Below are positions 36,142-46,084 of a DNA stretch of 64,000 nucleotides, one piece after another. The translations under genes were made by a program, and so were the position numbers. Below the pieces are notes generated by a model. The model did not search any database and had not been told where the DNA came from. It saw nothing but the letters and a program-made list of their open reading frames with translations. Numbering within the stretch: the first letter of the stretch is position 1; each line of letters opens with the position of its first letter. The stretch is from the NCBI GenBank assembly GCA_048939995.1, contig JBHLOY010000008.1, positions 1 through 64,000 of the forward strand. The letters run 5' to 3'. The stretch is from Promethearchaeota archaeon. GTDB lineage: Archaea; Asgardarchaeota; Lokiarchaeia; Sigyniarchaeales; SOKP01.

Positions 36142-37227
36142 ATGAAAATTAATACTGAAAGAACTATTACATTAAAGGATCAAATCAAGAGATTTGCTAT
36201 AGAAAGTTTATATGGATTTAACATTATCATTTTAATCGGAATGGGCAGAAAATTAGGTATATTTGATTATTTTTATCTAAAGGGTAAAAAAGTGCCAACA
36301 TCTGATTATACAATTTTAAGATTCACACCTCAAGAATTATCCGATAACCTTGGTTTAGATAAAGAATATTTAGATGCATGGATTCATTTAGCACTTGAGT
36401 GTGATATATTTGAAATAGATAATGCTCAAAAAGAACAGTTAAGGTCCTCTCCTTATATTTATGAGTTACTTATTGATTTCAACCATAATTCATATGTGGG
36501 AGGTACTCTTGGTGCTTTTTATAATATAGCCTTACTTCAAGAGTTGATGTTAAATAATTTCAAAACAGGTAAATCAATAAATCTCCTTCAATTACCTCCT
36601 GAGATTGTAAAAGAATTGCAAGAACGAAGTAGAAGATTTGGAAATTTGATATATAGTCTATTTGCAAAACATTATAAAGATTTCTGTGAAAAGTTAAATG
36701 AAAGTGGCATAATTCTCGAAGTTGGATGTGGTTATGGATATAATCTTGAAACTTGGGTAAAAATGTTCAAAAAAGCACGATTCGTGGGGATTGATATAGA
36801 CCCAGTAGCTATTTCATCAACACAGAAAATGATAGAACAAAATAATTGGAATCAAAGAGTGAAATTAATTAATTGTAATATTCATGAATATAAAAATGCT
36901 ATAAAAGAGAAGTTTAATTTAATCATTTTAAATCAAGTTCTTCATGAAATGAATCTTAACGATGATTCCAGCATCCTCCTCTTTAAAGATTTATATAATC
37001 TGTTAAAAGACGAAGGAATTTTGCTTGTTGGTGAGAGTATGATTCCTGACACTTTTGCTCCCAAGAGTAAATTTCAACTTTTTGACATTACTCATAAGTT
37101 CTCTGAAGCGGGTTCTGCGCGCTTTTACAATGAGAAATCATTTAAAGAGTTTATTGATTCAACGCCGTTTACGAAAACCAAATTTATAAGAGAAGGAGGA
37201 ACTTATTTCTGGGTTATAAAAAAATAA
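36142..37227 (+). CDS. Class I SAM-dependent methyltransferase with N-terminal wHTH/dimerisation domain
   Basis: ILEVGCGYG, GIDID, LNQVLHE motifs. Confidence 0.85.
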   Translation: MKINTERTITLKDQIKRFAIESLYGFNIIILIGMGRKLGIFDYFYLKGKKVPTSDYTILRFTPQELSDNLGLDKEYLDAWIHLALECDIFEIDNAQKEQLRSSPYIYELLIDFNHNSYVGGTLGAFYNIALLQELMLNNFKTGKSINLLQLPPEIVKELQERSRRFGNLIYSLFAKHYKDFCEKLNESGIILEVGCGYGYNLETWVKMFKKARFVGIDIDPVAISSTQKMIEQNNWNQRVKLINCNIHEYKNAIKEKFNLIILNQVLHEMNLNDDSSILLFKDLYNLLKDEGILLVGESMIPDTFAPKSKFQLFDITHKFSEAGSARFYNEKSFKEFIDSTPFTKTKFIREGGTYFWVIKK

Positions 37228-37326
37228 AAATGACAAAAAAAATATTTTTTAGGTTGGTTTTGTAGATTTAACGTTTATTCCTTAAAGCTGTTTGAACTTT
37301 AGGATTGCCAACTAAAGTTTGGTATT

Positions 37327-37464
37327 TTAACCGCAACAAGATTTATTACTTGATTGCTCCTTAGTACTTTTTTCTACAGTAGAAGGAGAACCACAACAAC
37401 TTGAAGATTTTGGTACTTTATCTCCGCTTTCTTTAACAACCTCTTTTATTTTAGGCTCTTCCAT
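37327..37464 (-). CDS. Unannotated 45-aa peptide with two SCCG motifs
   Basis: MEEPKIKEVVKESGDKVPKSSSCCGSPSTVEKSTKEQSSNKSCCG*; AGGAGTG SD upstream of the ATG. Confidence 0.75.
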   Translation of the reverse strand: MEEPKIKEVVKESGDKVPKSSSCCGSPSTVEKSTKEQSSNKSCCG

Positions 37465-37622
37465 ATAAATGATCACTCCTTTTTAATTATTGAAAGTTGA
37501 TATTAATATTTAAAAAATTATTTTGTTTGAATATTTATAGTTAACTTCCATATATAAAGGTTCCGTAAATTTCGGTTCCGAATCATCCTAACGAAATTTT
37601 TGAATTAAAAGGAGGTTATTAG

Positions 37623-38102
37623 TTAACACTCTTCTACCTCGTCAGGATCGAAAGACGAAGATAATTTTTTAAGCAAGGTGATGAGCTGGTTAATCTCATC
37701 GACTTTCAAATCTCCACAACAACTTTTTAGTATGGGTTCTATTGGAGGAGTCATATTCTCAATCTTTTTTCCTTTATCTGTAAGAACAACTAAAATACTT
37801 CGTCTATCATTTGGATTTGCTTTACGGTAAACTAATTTATTCTTTTCCATTGTGTCTATAATGCCTGTTATGGTAGATTGTGAACAACAACAAGCAGATG
37901 CCAAATCTTTAAATGGCCTAGCATCAGATTCCCATAGTTGTTGTAAAATAGAGTATTGCGCGGATGTTAGATTTTCATCTTGTATTATTTTGCGCTGCAA
38001 TTTTTCATATTTCTTATTAATTTTATTTATCAAATGAAAAATTTGATTAAAGTTAATGGTCCTTAAATCTTCTTTTTCACATGTAGATTTATCTTCAAAC
38101 AT
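37623..38102 (-). CDS. MarR-family regulator, Cys-rich
   Basis: LTSAQYSIL, STITGIIDTME, DRRSILVVLTDKG; CCC in the HTH and SCCG near the C-terminus. Confidence 0.9.
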   Translation of the reverse strand: MFEDKSTCEKEDLRTINFNQIFHLINKINKKYEKLQRKIIQDENLTSAQYSILQQLWESDARPFKDLASACCCSQSTITGIIDTMEKNKLVYRKANPNDRRSILVVLTDKGKKIENMTPPIEPILKSCCGDLKVDEINQLITLLKKLSSSFDPDEVEEC

Positions 38103-38238
38103 TAATTAAAATCCTAAATATTTGGTATTGAATAATCTATATCCTTAATATAATTATTTTTTATTCTTTAATATTTTTCTCATTACTTTTAAGTAGTAGA
38201 GGATTTTCAAGGAGATATAAAAAAAATTAATTTAAATT

Positions 38239-39585
38239 TTATTTTAGGTTTTCATTTCTTATAATGGTTGCGGCACCCATTCCTAAGCCTACACACATCG
38301 AAGATATTGCGAACTCTTTTCCTGATCTTTCTAATTGATGGAGATTTGTACCAATTAATCTACAACCAGTGGCACCTGTTGGATGACCCAATGCAATAGC
38401 ACCACCCCATGGATTAAGTCTCTCATCTCTCCAATCTAATCCTAGTTCATAACAAGAGGCATAAACTACAGGGCTAAATGCCTCATTTATTTCAATGAAA
38501 TCCATATCATTTAATTTCATATTGGCTCTTCTTAAAGCTTCAGGAATGGCATCGATTGGACCCGTGAGCATTAATACTGGATCTGTTCCAATTGCTATAT
38601 AATCTACAATTGTAGCTCTAGGTTTTAAGCCTAATTCTTCAGCTAGACCTCTAGTCATCCATAATTGAGCTGCTGCACCATCACTGGTCGGGCAACTATT
38701 ACCTGCTGTAAGAAAAGCTTGGCTTTTTCTACCAATAATTGTTCTTAGACTTGCTAATTTTTCCATAGAAGTTTCTGGTCTAGGAGTCTCATCCTTCTTT
38801 GTTAATACGGAAAGACTTGCATCTTTAGCTACTTGATTTTTATCATTTAGCAGAGGCTTTCCATTTTCATCAAGCTTAGGACACCAAATTGGCTCAATTT
38901 CTTCTCCTCTCTCATCCCAAGTGGAACATGCTTTATTATGTGAGTGTAATGACAGACTATCCATTTCATTTCTAAAATCTTCTAAACTTAGTCCGGATTT
39001 TTTCATCCAAACTTGACCCATAACGTGAGCGGAGTTAATTTGACCTGCAAAAGAGGTTTTATGTTCTTCTAATTTTTGAGCTACAAATGGATGAGTTAAA
39101 ATTTTCCCATTAGGTGCTATCATAACTTGCTTTCCTTGATTCTCATCAAAAATGTATGAATCAGCCATAATAGGATAACGATTTTGTACCTCAACTCCAC
39201 CACATATTACACAATCATTAATCCCAGATGCGATAGCTTGCCATGCTGACATAACCGATTGAGCGCCACTCGCACATTGGCGATTTATGGAGAAACCTGG
39301 AACTGTTATGGGCAAATGAGCTGCCAAAGCGGCAGTCCTTCCAATATCCAACGCACAATCACCAATTTGGCTGTTGCATGAAACGATGGAATCTCCAATG
39401 ATTCTAGGATCAAAATCATTTCTATTAATAATTGTTTGATAACAATGTACAACTAAATCATCGCCTCTATGAAGCCCTACAGTTCCTCTTCTTTTGCCAA
39501 TTGGAGTTCTTGCATAATCAATTAATACAGGCTCTCGTTTCGGATCTTTAAAATACTTATTATATAAATTGATAGGTTCTGGCAT
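38239..39585 (-). CDS. Acetyl-CoA C-acyltransferase (thiolase)
   Basis: NRQCASG, EINEAF, GHPTGATG, MCVGLGMG. Confidence 0.93.
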   Translation of the reverse strand: MPEPINLYNKYFKDPKREPVLIDYARTPIGKRRGTVGLHRGDDLVVHCYQTIINRNDFDPRIIGDSIVSCNSQIGDCALDIGRTAALAAHLPITVPGFSINRQCASGAQSVMSAWQAIASGINDCVICGGVEVQNRYPIMADSYIFDENQGKQVMIAPNGKILTHPFVAQKLEEHKTSFAGQINSAHVMGQVWMKKSGLSLEDFRNEMDSLSLHSHNKACSTWDERGEEIEPIWCPKLDENGKPLLNDKNQVAKDASLSVLTKKDETPRPETSMEKLASLRTIIGRKSQAFLTAGNSCPTSDGAAAQLWMTRGLAEELGLKPRATIVDYIAIGTDPVLMLTGPIDAIPEALRRANMKLNDMDFIEINEAFSPVVYASCYELGLDWRDERLNPWGGAIALGHPTGATGCRLIGTNLHQLERSGKEFAISSMCVGLGMGAATIIRNENLK

Positions 39586-39813
39586 AATTATTTAATTAGT
39601 TGTAATTTTGGGGAGGTAAATGATTTTTTATTAATTAAATTTCTTTAAAATGGATATCTAAATGAATAAATACTCAAAATTTCAAAATTGTAAAAAATTA
39701 AATGGATTTTTTCCTTCCCTCTGATTCATAAGTAATAATTAAATCTTTTAATAAATAAAATTTAATACGATAGAAGTATTCATTTGTTTGGATAAAGTTA
39801 AATAAAGAAATAA

Positions 39814-40722
39814 ATGAATATTATGCTGAAAGGAATCCATTTCCTGTTAACTTATGCATGTAATTATGAATGTGATCACTGTTTTCTATATTGTGGACCA
39901 AATTCTAAGGGCACTTTTACAATGGATCAAATTGGGCAGATACTCAATGAGGCGGATAAAATTGGAACCATAGATTGGATTTATTTTGAAGGAGGGGAAC
40001 CATTTCTTTATTATCCCCTCATGATTGAAGGTATTAAAAAAGCTAAAGAGAAGGGTTATAAGGTTGGAATAGTTACAAATTCATATTGGGCTACTTGTGA
40101 GAAAGATGCAGAGATATGGTTAAAACCTATTTCAGAATTTGCCATAAAAGATTTTACTGTAAGCGATGATAGCTTTCATTATAATGTTGAGGCTGAAAAT
40201 CTCTCTAAAATCGCGAGGAAATCAGCAATTGCTTTAGGGCTTCCAGTAGGTTCGATAAGTATTGATGAGCCTACATTTGAGTATGGAATTGAGAAAGAAC
40301 ATGAAAAGGGAACTCCAGTAATCAAAGGAGGCGCTATGTTTCGAGGAAGAGCTATTGAAAAACTAACTAAGGATTTACCACAGAGACCTTGGGAAGATTT
40401 AAATAAATGCCCATATGAAGATTTAGAAGGTCTTGGTAGAATCCATGTTGATTCTTTTGGAAATGCCCAAATTTGCCAAGGTTTAAGCATAGGAAACTTT
40501 TGGAAAACTAATCTTTCTAAGATAATTAAGAAGTATGATCCATATTCCCATCCAATAATTAGCCAATTGCACCAAGGTGGTCCTGCCGCATTAGTAAAAA
40601 AATTTGATATTGAACATGAAAATACTTATGTCGATGAATGTCATTTTTGTTTTTTGGCTAGAAAAGCATTATTAGATATCTATCCGGAATATTTAGGGCC
40701 AAAACAAGTGTATGGCTTTTAA
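39814..40722 (+). CDS. Radical SAM protein
   Basis: CNYECDHC, GGEP, C-terminal Cys motifs. Confidence 0.9.
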   Translation: MNIMLKGIHFLLTYACNYECDHCFLYCGPNSKGTFTMDQIGQILNEADKIGTIDWIYFEGGEPFLYYPLMIEGIKKAKEKGYKVGIVTNSYWATCEKDAEIWLKPISEFAIKDFTVSDDSFHYNVEAENLSKIARKSAIALGLPVGSISIDEPTFEYGIEKEHEKGTPVIKGGAMFRGRAIEKLTKDLPQRPWEDLNKCPYEDLEGLGRIHVDSFGNAQICQGLSIGNFWKTNLSKIIKKYDPYSHPIISQLHQGGPAALVKKFDIEHENTYVDECHFCFLARKALLDIYPEYLGPKQVYGF

Positions 40723-40734
40723 TCTTTCACCTTT

Positions 40735-43626
40735 TCAATCGACATCTATATATATTGCTGGTTTATAAGGAATAGACTTACTTGATTTATTTTGAGGGTC
40801 AAATTTAGAGTTTATAATAATTTTTGAATTTACCTTGTTTTCAATGTAGCCTTTATATTCTCTTAGCAGTTGTTTCTCATCTGACTTAGGGATAGAGTTA
40901 TCCCAGCTTCGTCTATTTATTTGATTTTTGATAAACGGGATCAGTTCTTTATTTTTCATCAAGTTCGGTTGCTCCTTTAATTCGGATATAATAGCCTTAA
41001 AATCGCCCTTCTTATTAAGTATTAAGCGATTTACATTGTGCTTCCAACCAACAGCAGTGTAGATGTAAATAATTTTTATATTTCGAGTCTTAACTACCTT
41101 TTTTATATTTAAAATATCATCAATAAGGTTTGAAATATAATTAAATTCAATTTCAAGTTCTTTATCAAGATATCTATTGTCTAATCGACCCCAAACTGAT
41201 TTTGAAATAAATCCCTGATTTCCTGAAATTTCCCATAACTCTTCAGACAGATGAGGCATAGTTAATGATATTATTTTAAGCCACTCCCTATAAATTATAC
41301 TGAATACAATCTCAAAGTCATTATAATCCTCGACATACTTTTGTAAATCTTGTATTAAATTAAACGTCTCATAGAAAGATAACTGAAGATATTTCCGTAA
41401 ATTGAAGTCCTTCAATGCATCGTCAGCATCTAAAAAGTTCTGAGCAATTTTTGATACAATTACACGTGCATATTTTGATTGAATATCATTGTAATGATAA
41501 TCGAAATTCTTTACATTTTCAATATGTAGATGCATGAATTCATAAAATCTAGCTATATGGTTTCTAACCGCTTGAATTTCCTTCTCTCTCCAATCCATAT
41601 TAATTCCTAAATCAGCAGTATGTGAAATATAAAATCTAAATAAATCTGCAGAGTATTTAGTCTGTATATCCCCAAGAGAGATTATATTCCCTTTTGATTT
41701 TCCCATCTTTTGACCTTCAATTAGTACAGGCTCTATTAATGTTATAATTTTTGGCCAGTAGTAATTAGGAAATATAGCAACATGATGAAATATGTAAAAA
41801 CTTAAATGATTTGAAATATGCATAATTGCTGTGTGTCTATGATCAACTGGATACCAATACTGAAATTCATCTTGCATCTTGTTTAATAAGTTTTCATCAA
41901 TTCCTGTCTTTTTAGATACTTCTTTTACAGTTCCTTCGTTTAAATAAATAAAATCGAAGAATTCAGGGATTAATTGCTTTGGCTTAATTTCATAATTTTT
42001 GAGGTGGTGGACAATCGTATAGAAACTCATATATATTGTTGAGTCGCTTAAAGATTCAACAATCCATTCTTGGTCAAATGGTAGGTGTGTTCCTAATCCT
42101 CGTTTCCGAGCACATGGTCTCTTTTCTAACCAATGAAAGACATTTTCAAAATTCATCCTATATTTTTTTGGAATGATGCTCATATCAGATAAACATTCAA
42201 AGGCATCTTTTTTCCATTCTCCAGCATCAAAATTGAGGAACCATTGATCCTTAAGAATAGTAACTATTATTTTTTCTCCGCATCTACATCTCAGATTTTT
42301 TGTAACTGGGATATAGATCTTATCCGCTTGATTGCTATTTAAGAGTTCTTCAACAACAAGAGTCACTGCTTCACTAACTGGCTTATCAACATATTCGCTA
42401 CATTTCTCATTTAATACACCGCTATAAAACTCGCTTTTATAGTTTTCGGCAGTTGCTTTATCCAATTTTTTCTTATCAGCCTGTGATTTAACCTCAAATT
42501 TTTCGCAATAAATTTTAGCGGGATAATCTTCAAAATCCTTTAGATTTATTATTTGAATAGGTTTTATATTTTCAATCTCTTTCTTATTCATCTTGAATTT
42601 ATCTAATGACTCAGTGCTTCTTTGTAAATCAATTAAAGCAATGTAATCAAAGGGCGCATGGGCGGGTACAGAATAAACGACCCCTGTAGCTGAGGAAGTA
42701 TCAACGAAATAACCAGGTAAAATGGGTAAATCTTGAGCATTGATAATATTTTTAGCTTTCTTTCCTATCAGTTTTTCTCCTTTAAAGGTTTCAAGGGCTT
42801 TAACTGTTTTATTTTGATTTTCCAATTTCTTTATCGCTTCCTTTGAGATGAACCAGATTTCTCCATCTACTTTTGCTTTTACATAATCTCCATCAGGATT
42901 GATCCATAAATTGGTTACTCCAAATATAGTTTCTGGTCTTAATGTAGCTGGCACTAGAAATCCTTCCTCAAAAGGAAATTTTATACAGATGTATTCGTTA
43001 ATATCAAGATTTAATTCATCACCTCTCGCAATATCATCTTCACCAACAGCATTCATACACCTTGGACAATAGAGTATTGGATATTCACCTTTTTCCAGAT
43101 ACTTCTTTTCTGCTAATTTGTAATACTGCCATTCAATTAGTTTATTATATATTTTATCACCGGTAGTGAATTCCCTCCTCCAATCTATGCTCATTCCAAT
43201 CGACTTAAAGTCCAATTTCATGGTATTTGAAAAATAATTTACAATATTCCAAGGATCAATAAAACTTTCTACTATTTCTTCTACTTTTTTTGGATTTTCT
43301 GTGTGCAATGAAACATAATCCTTCATTCTAGCTATAATTTTTTTATCTTTCCTCTTTATTGATGAAGAAATTGCTAAAACAGGTGTTCCTGTTATATGAA
43401 ATGCCATTGGATATAAAACGTTGTATCCTTTGGCTCGATAATAACGGGCAAAAATATCACCATTAACAAAACTTCTACCATGACCGATGTGAAGAGTTCC
43501 TGATGCATAAGGATAAGGTGATGTAATAAATTTTTTGCCAATTGATTTATCTGGATTTGCTTCAAATATCTTAGCACTTTCCCATCTTTCTTGCCACTTT
43601 TTCTCAATTTCTAGAGCTTTATACAT
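40735..43626 (-). CDS. leuS: Leucine--tRNA ligase, archaeal type
   Basis: PYPYASGTLHIGH, editing-domain ATLRPETIFG and GVVYSVPAHAPFD, ESLSDSTIY, KMGKSKGN. Confidence 0.96.
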   Translation of the reverse strand: MYKALEIEKKWQERWESAKIFEANPDKSIGKKFITSPYPYASGTLHIGHGRSFVNGDIFARYYRAKGYNVLYPMAFHITGTPVLAISSSIKRKDKKIIARMKDYVSLHTENPKKVEEIVESFIDPWNIVNYFSNTMKLDFKSIGMSIDWRREFTTGDKIYNKLIEWQYYKLAEKKYLEKGEYPILYCPRCMNAVGEDDIARGDELNLDINEYICIKFPFEEGFLVPATLRPETIFGVTNLWINPDGDYVKAKVDGEIWFISKEAIKKLENQNKTVKALETFKGEKLIGKKAKNIINAQDLPILPGYFVDTSSATGVVYSVPAHAPFDYIALIDLQRSTESLDKFKMNKKEIENIKPIQIINLKDFEDYPAKIYCEKFEVKSQADKKKLDKATAENYKSEFYSGVLNEKCSEYVDKPVSEAVTLVVEELLNSNQADKIYIPVTKNLRCRCGEKIIVTILKDQWFLNFDAGEWKKDAFECLSDMSIIPKKYRMNFENVFHWLEKRPCARKRGLGTHLPFDQEWIVESLSDSTIYMSFYTIVHHLKNYEIKPKQLIPEFFDFIYLNEGTVKEVSKKTGIDENLLNKMQDEFQYWYPVDHRHTAIMHISNHLSFYIFHHVAIFPNYYWPKIITLIEPVLIEGQKMGKSKGNIISLGDIQTKYSADLFRFYISHTADLGINMDWREKEIQAVRNHIARFYEFMHLHIENVKNFDYHYNDIQSKYARVIVSKIAQNFLDADDALKDFNLRKYLQLSFYETFNLIQDLQKYVEDYNDFEIVFSIIYREWLKIISLTMPHLSEELWEISGNQGFISKSVWGRLDNRYLDKELEIEFNYISNLIDDILNIKKVVKTRNIKIIYIYTAVGWKHNVNRLILNKKGDFKAIISELKEQPNLMKNKELIPFIKNQINRRSWDNSIPKSDEKQLLREYKGYIENKVNSKIIINSKFDPQNKSSKSIPYKPAIYIDVD

Positions 43627-43662
43627 AAGTTCATATCAACTTCTTTATACATTAATTATCAG

Positions 43663-43759
43663 AAAAAACCCACCTATGATCCCTTTCGAATAAATTTCAC
43701 TCCATGCGAAATAATCCACCAAAAATTTAAAAGAAAAAGATTAGGCAGACTTATTCCGC
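43663..43759 (-). promoter_or_regulatory. Putative leuS attenuator RNA (alternative hairpins plus U6 tract)
   Basis: GCGGA/UCUGC short stem competes with a long helix UCUGCCUA-AUCUUUUUC : GAAAGGGAU-CA-UAGGUGGG that is followed by UUUUUU. Confidence 0.65.
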
Positions 43760-43849
43760 TTAAAGTAATAATAATAACACTGCAAGCAAATCATCTAACC
43801 AGGATCTTGACTTTATGAATGAATGTGAAGCAGTATTATTTGAAATCAT
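43760..43849 (-). CDS. Putative leuS leader peptide (29 aa, Leu-rich)
   Basis: MISNNTASHSFIKSRSWLDDLLAVLLLLL*. 8 Leu in the last 12 codons. TTTATA box about 24 nt upstream of the ATG. Confidence 0.75.
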   Translation of the reverse strand: MISNNTASHSFIKSRSWLDDLLAVLLLLL

Positions 43850-43942
43850 TATATAATAATCACTTTTTTTAATATAAAAATTTTTTCTATCAAATCATTA
43901 AATATTTATCCAAAGAGCTATTGATAAGTTTAAAAATCAATC

Positions 43943-44449
43943 GTGATACAAACTATGGATAAAAAAGTGTTAATTGCATATTATTCTCTTACAGGTAACA
44001 CACAATTCATTGCAGAAGCAATCCAAGAAGCTCTTCAAGTTGATATCGAAGAATTAAAACCAGTTAAAGAACTTAATCCTAATAGTTCGATGAGATTTAT
44101 GTGGGGTGGAATGCAAGCAACAATGAAAATGAAACCAGATTTATATCCAACTGGGAAAAATCCTCTTGATTATGATATAATTTTCTTAGGTACCCCAGTT
44201 TGGGCTTGGACTTTTTCACCTCCTTTAAGAAAATATATATCATTGTTTGATCTTTCTACTAAAAAGGTAGCAATTTGGGTTTGTTGTGCAGGAGATGGTA
44301 AGAAAGCGTTAGATCGATTTAAAGAGGCTTTGAAGGAAACTCAAATCCTTGGAACGAATATATTTCAGCAACCATTAAATAATAACTCTAAAGAGGAGAA
44401 AGAAAGAGCAATCTCTTGGGCGAGTGAGATTGTTAATAAGCTCTCTTAA
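43943..44449 (+). CDS. Flavodoxin-like protein
   Basis: IAYYSLTGNT, FLGTPVWA. Confidence 0.9.
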   Translation: MIQTMDKKVLIAYYSLTGNTQFIAEAIQEALQVDIEELKPVKELNPNSSMRFMWGGMQATMKMKPDLYPTGKNPLDYDIIFLGTPVWAWTFSPPLRKYISLFDLSTKKVAIWVCCAGDGKKALDRFKEALKETQILGTNIFQQPLNNNSKEEKERAISWASEIVNKLS

Positions 44450-45237
44450 AATTTTGAACTATTTAAAAAAGGGAAGATTTTCTTTATCAAAAATTTTAAA
44501 CTTATTAAACTTTTAGAATCATCTGGTAAATCAATAAGGGGTTTGCCTTTTAAGTCATATTCAATTACGAGATTATCCTGCGGAATAGTCCCAATTAATG
44601 GTAAATCTAATTCTTTTAACTTATTAATCAATAATCCAATATTTTCATTAGCTTTATTTATTATTATTCCTAACTTTTTGTAGCTTGTGAATTTTTTTGC
44701 ATGTTTTTTTATTGATTTTGCCGTTTCCAAACTTCTTAAAGATGTATCAGTTATAATTATGAGAAAGTCAATAGATTTAAACACCATTCGACTAATTTGC
44801 TCAAGTCCAGCTTCTCCATCTATTAAAATGATCTCAAAATCTTGGGAAATTGATTCTATTACTCTTCTTAATAGTATATTTGAAGGACAAAAGCATCCTG
44901 GTCCCTCTGGTTGGCCAATTGAAAAAATGCAAAAATCTTTACTTTCAGCCATTCCTTCATATAGATCGAAATCAATCTTTTCAGCTAGTATCTGAGGATC
45001 TTTTTTTTCATTATGGGCATTTCTTATAGCATCCAACCTTAATTCCTCCAGAGATTTTCTTGGTTTAACTTTAAGCATATTACATAAATGTGGGTGTGAG
45101 GGATCCGCATCTATTAATAATAATTTGTAGTTGTAATCTTCTGAAATAATTTTAGTGAGTAAAACTGTTATTAGAGTTTTCCCTACTCCGCCCTTTCCTA
45201 CAATAGCTACTTTGACAGGCTGATTAGATTTATTGAT
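44446..45237 (-). CDS. CooC/AcsF-type nickel-insertion ATPase (MinD family); N-terminus extends beyond the ORF track
   Basis: The in-frame upstream region encodes KVAIVGKGGVGKT and LIDADP; GPGCFCP and DGEAGLE follow. Only a non-canonical ATC start (45237) is available. Confidence 0.8.
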   Translation of the reverse strand: MNKSNQPVKVAIVGKGGVGKTLITVLLTKIISEDYNYKLLLIDADPSHPHLCNMLKVKPRKSLEELRLDAIRNAHNEKKDPQILAEKIDFDLYEGMAESKDFCIFSIGQPEGPGCFCPSNILLRRVIESISQDFEIILIDGEAGLEQISRMVFKSIDFLIIITDTSLRSLETAKSIKKHAKKFTSYKKLGIIINKANENIGLLINKLKELDLPLIGTIPQDNLVIEYDLKGKPLIDLPDDSKSLISLKFLIKKIFPFLNSSKF

Positions 45238-45992
45238 TAATCAAGCACCTCTCTCTTTTCTAACACTTCCTTAATATCCTCACACACATCATAATACGGG
45301 CAATCGTTGCATTCCCAATCAAAATCACAATCTATTCTCCTTTTCCACTCAGAGACTTTTTCCTTCCATTTTAGATTAATCTCATTTTGAATTGAAGAAG
45401 TCATACCAATAAAAGAATTTATAATATCTAATTCTGAATTTATTAAGATTATTTCGATTGATCTGATTAAACTCCCAAATTTAGTATTATAGAGATATAA
45501 TATCGCATTTGCTAAGAATTTAAAAGAAATTTTACATATCACACTGCTACTGATTCGACACCAAAATCTCCTTGGAATTGTACGTATCATAAATCCCTCA
45601 ATTCCGTTTGAAATGAAAGTGGTACTCCTAAATTCATCAAAATTATTTTCTGAATCTGTTCCAATTAATATTACAATTCCAAAATCTAAGGCTTTAACAG
45701 ATTGTTCATTAATTTCTGGACCAATGAGTACTATTTTTCCGTCATCTAACAAATTTGAATCCTTTAGTGGATAGATAATGGAGAAAGACTTTCTTTCAGG
45801 GCCACCTAATTCTAAACCGGTTTCTTCTTCAAGAATTATATCTTTAAACTCATCTAAATTAACTCTTATATCAACTTCTTTAAAATATTTTTGAGGATTT
45901 TCTTCTTTCTTATAAATTTTTATTTTCTTTCCATTTTGAGACAGCCGATTTAAGAATCCTTTTATCTTTATTATGTTTTCTTCGGGTTTCAA
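45237..45992 (-). CDS. Short CdhC/acetyl-CoA synthase beta-subunit-like protein with a C-terminal Cys cluster
   Basis: GLELGGP, DGKIVLIGPEI, GFMIR...WCRIS; CDFDWECNDCPYYDVC; adjacent to cooC. Confidence 0.65.
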   Translation of the reverse strand: MKPEENIIKIKGFLNRLSQNGKKIKIYKKEENPQKYFKEVDIRVNLDEFKDIILEEETGLELGGPERKSFSIIYPLKDSNLLDDGKIVLIGPEINEQSVKALDFGIVILIGTDSENNFDEFRSTTFISNGIEGFMIRTIPRRFWCRISSSVICKISFKFLANAILYLYNTKFGSLIRSIEIILINSELDIINSFIGMTSSIQNEINLKWKEKVSEWKRRIDCDFDWECNDCPYYDVCEDIKEVLEKREVLD

Positions 45993-46084
45993 TGCATTAG
46001 CTCAAAAAAGTTATTTTTCTTAAAATTTATTTCAATGCATTAATAATATATATTACTATATTTTGAGATTATTGAAACTTTATT

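Noticed and set aside
43627-43860. T-box riboswitch upstream of leuS
   Set aside because: No T-box consensus (GGUGGNACCGCG) or specifier stem is visible; the leader-peptide model fits better.
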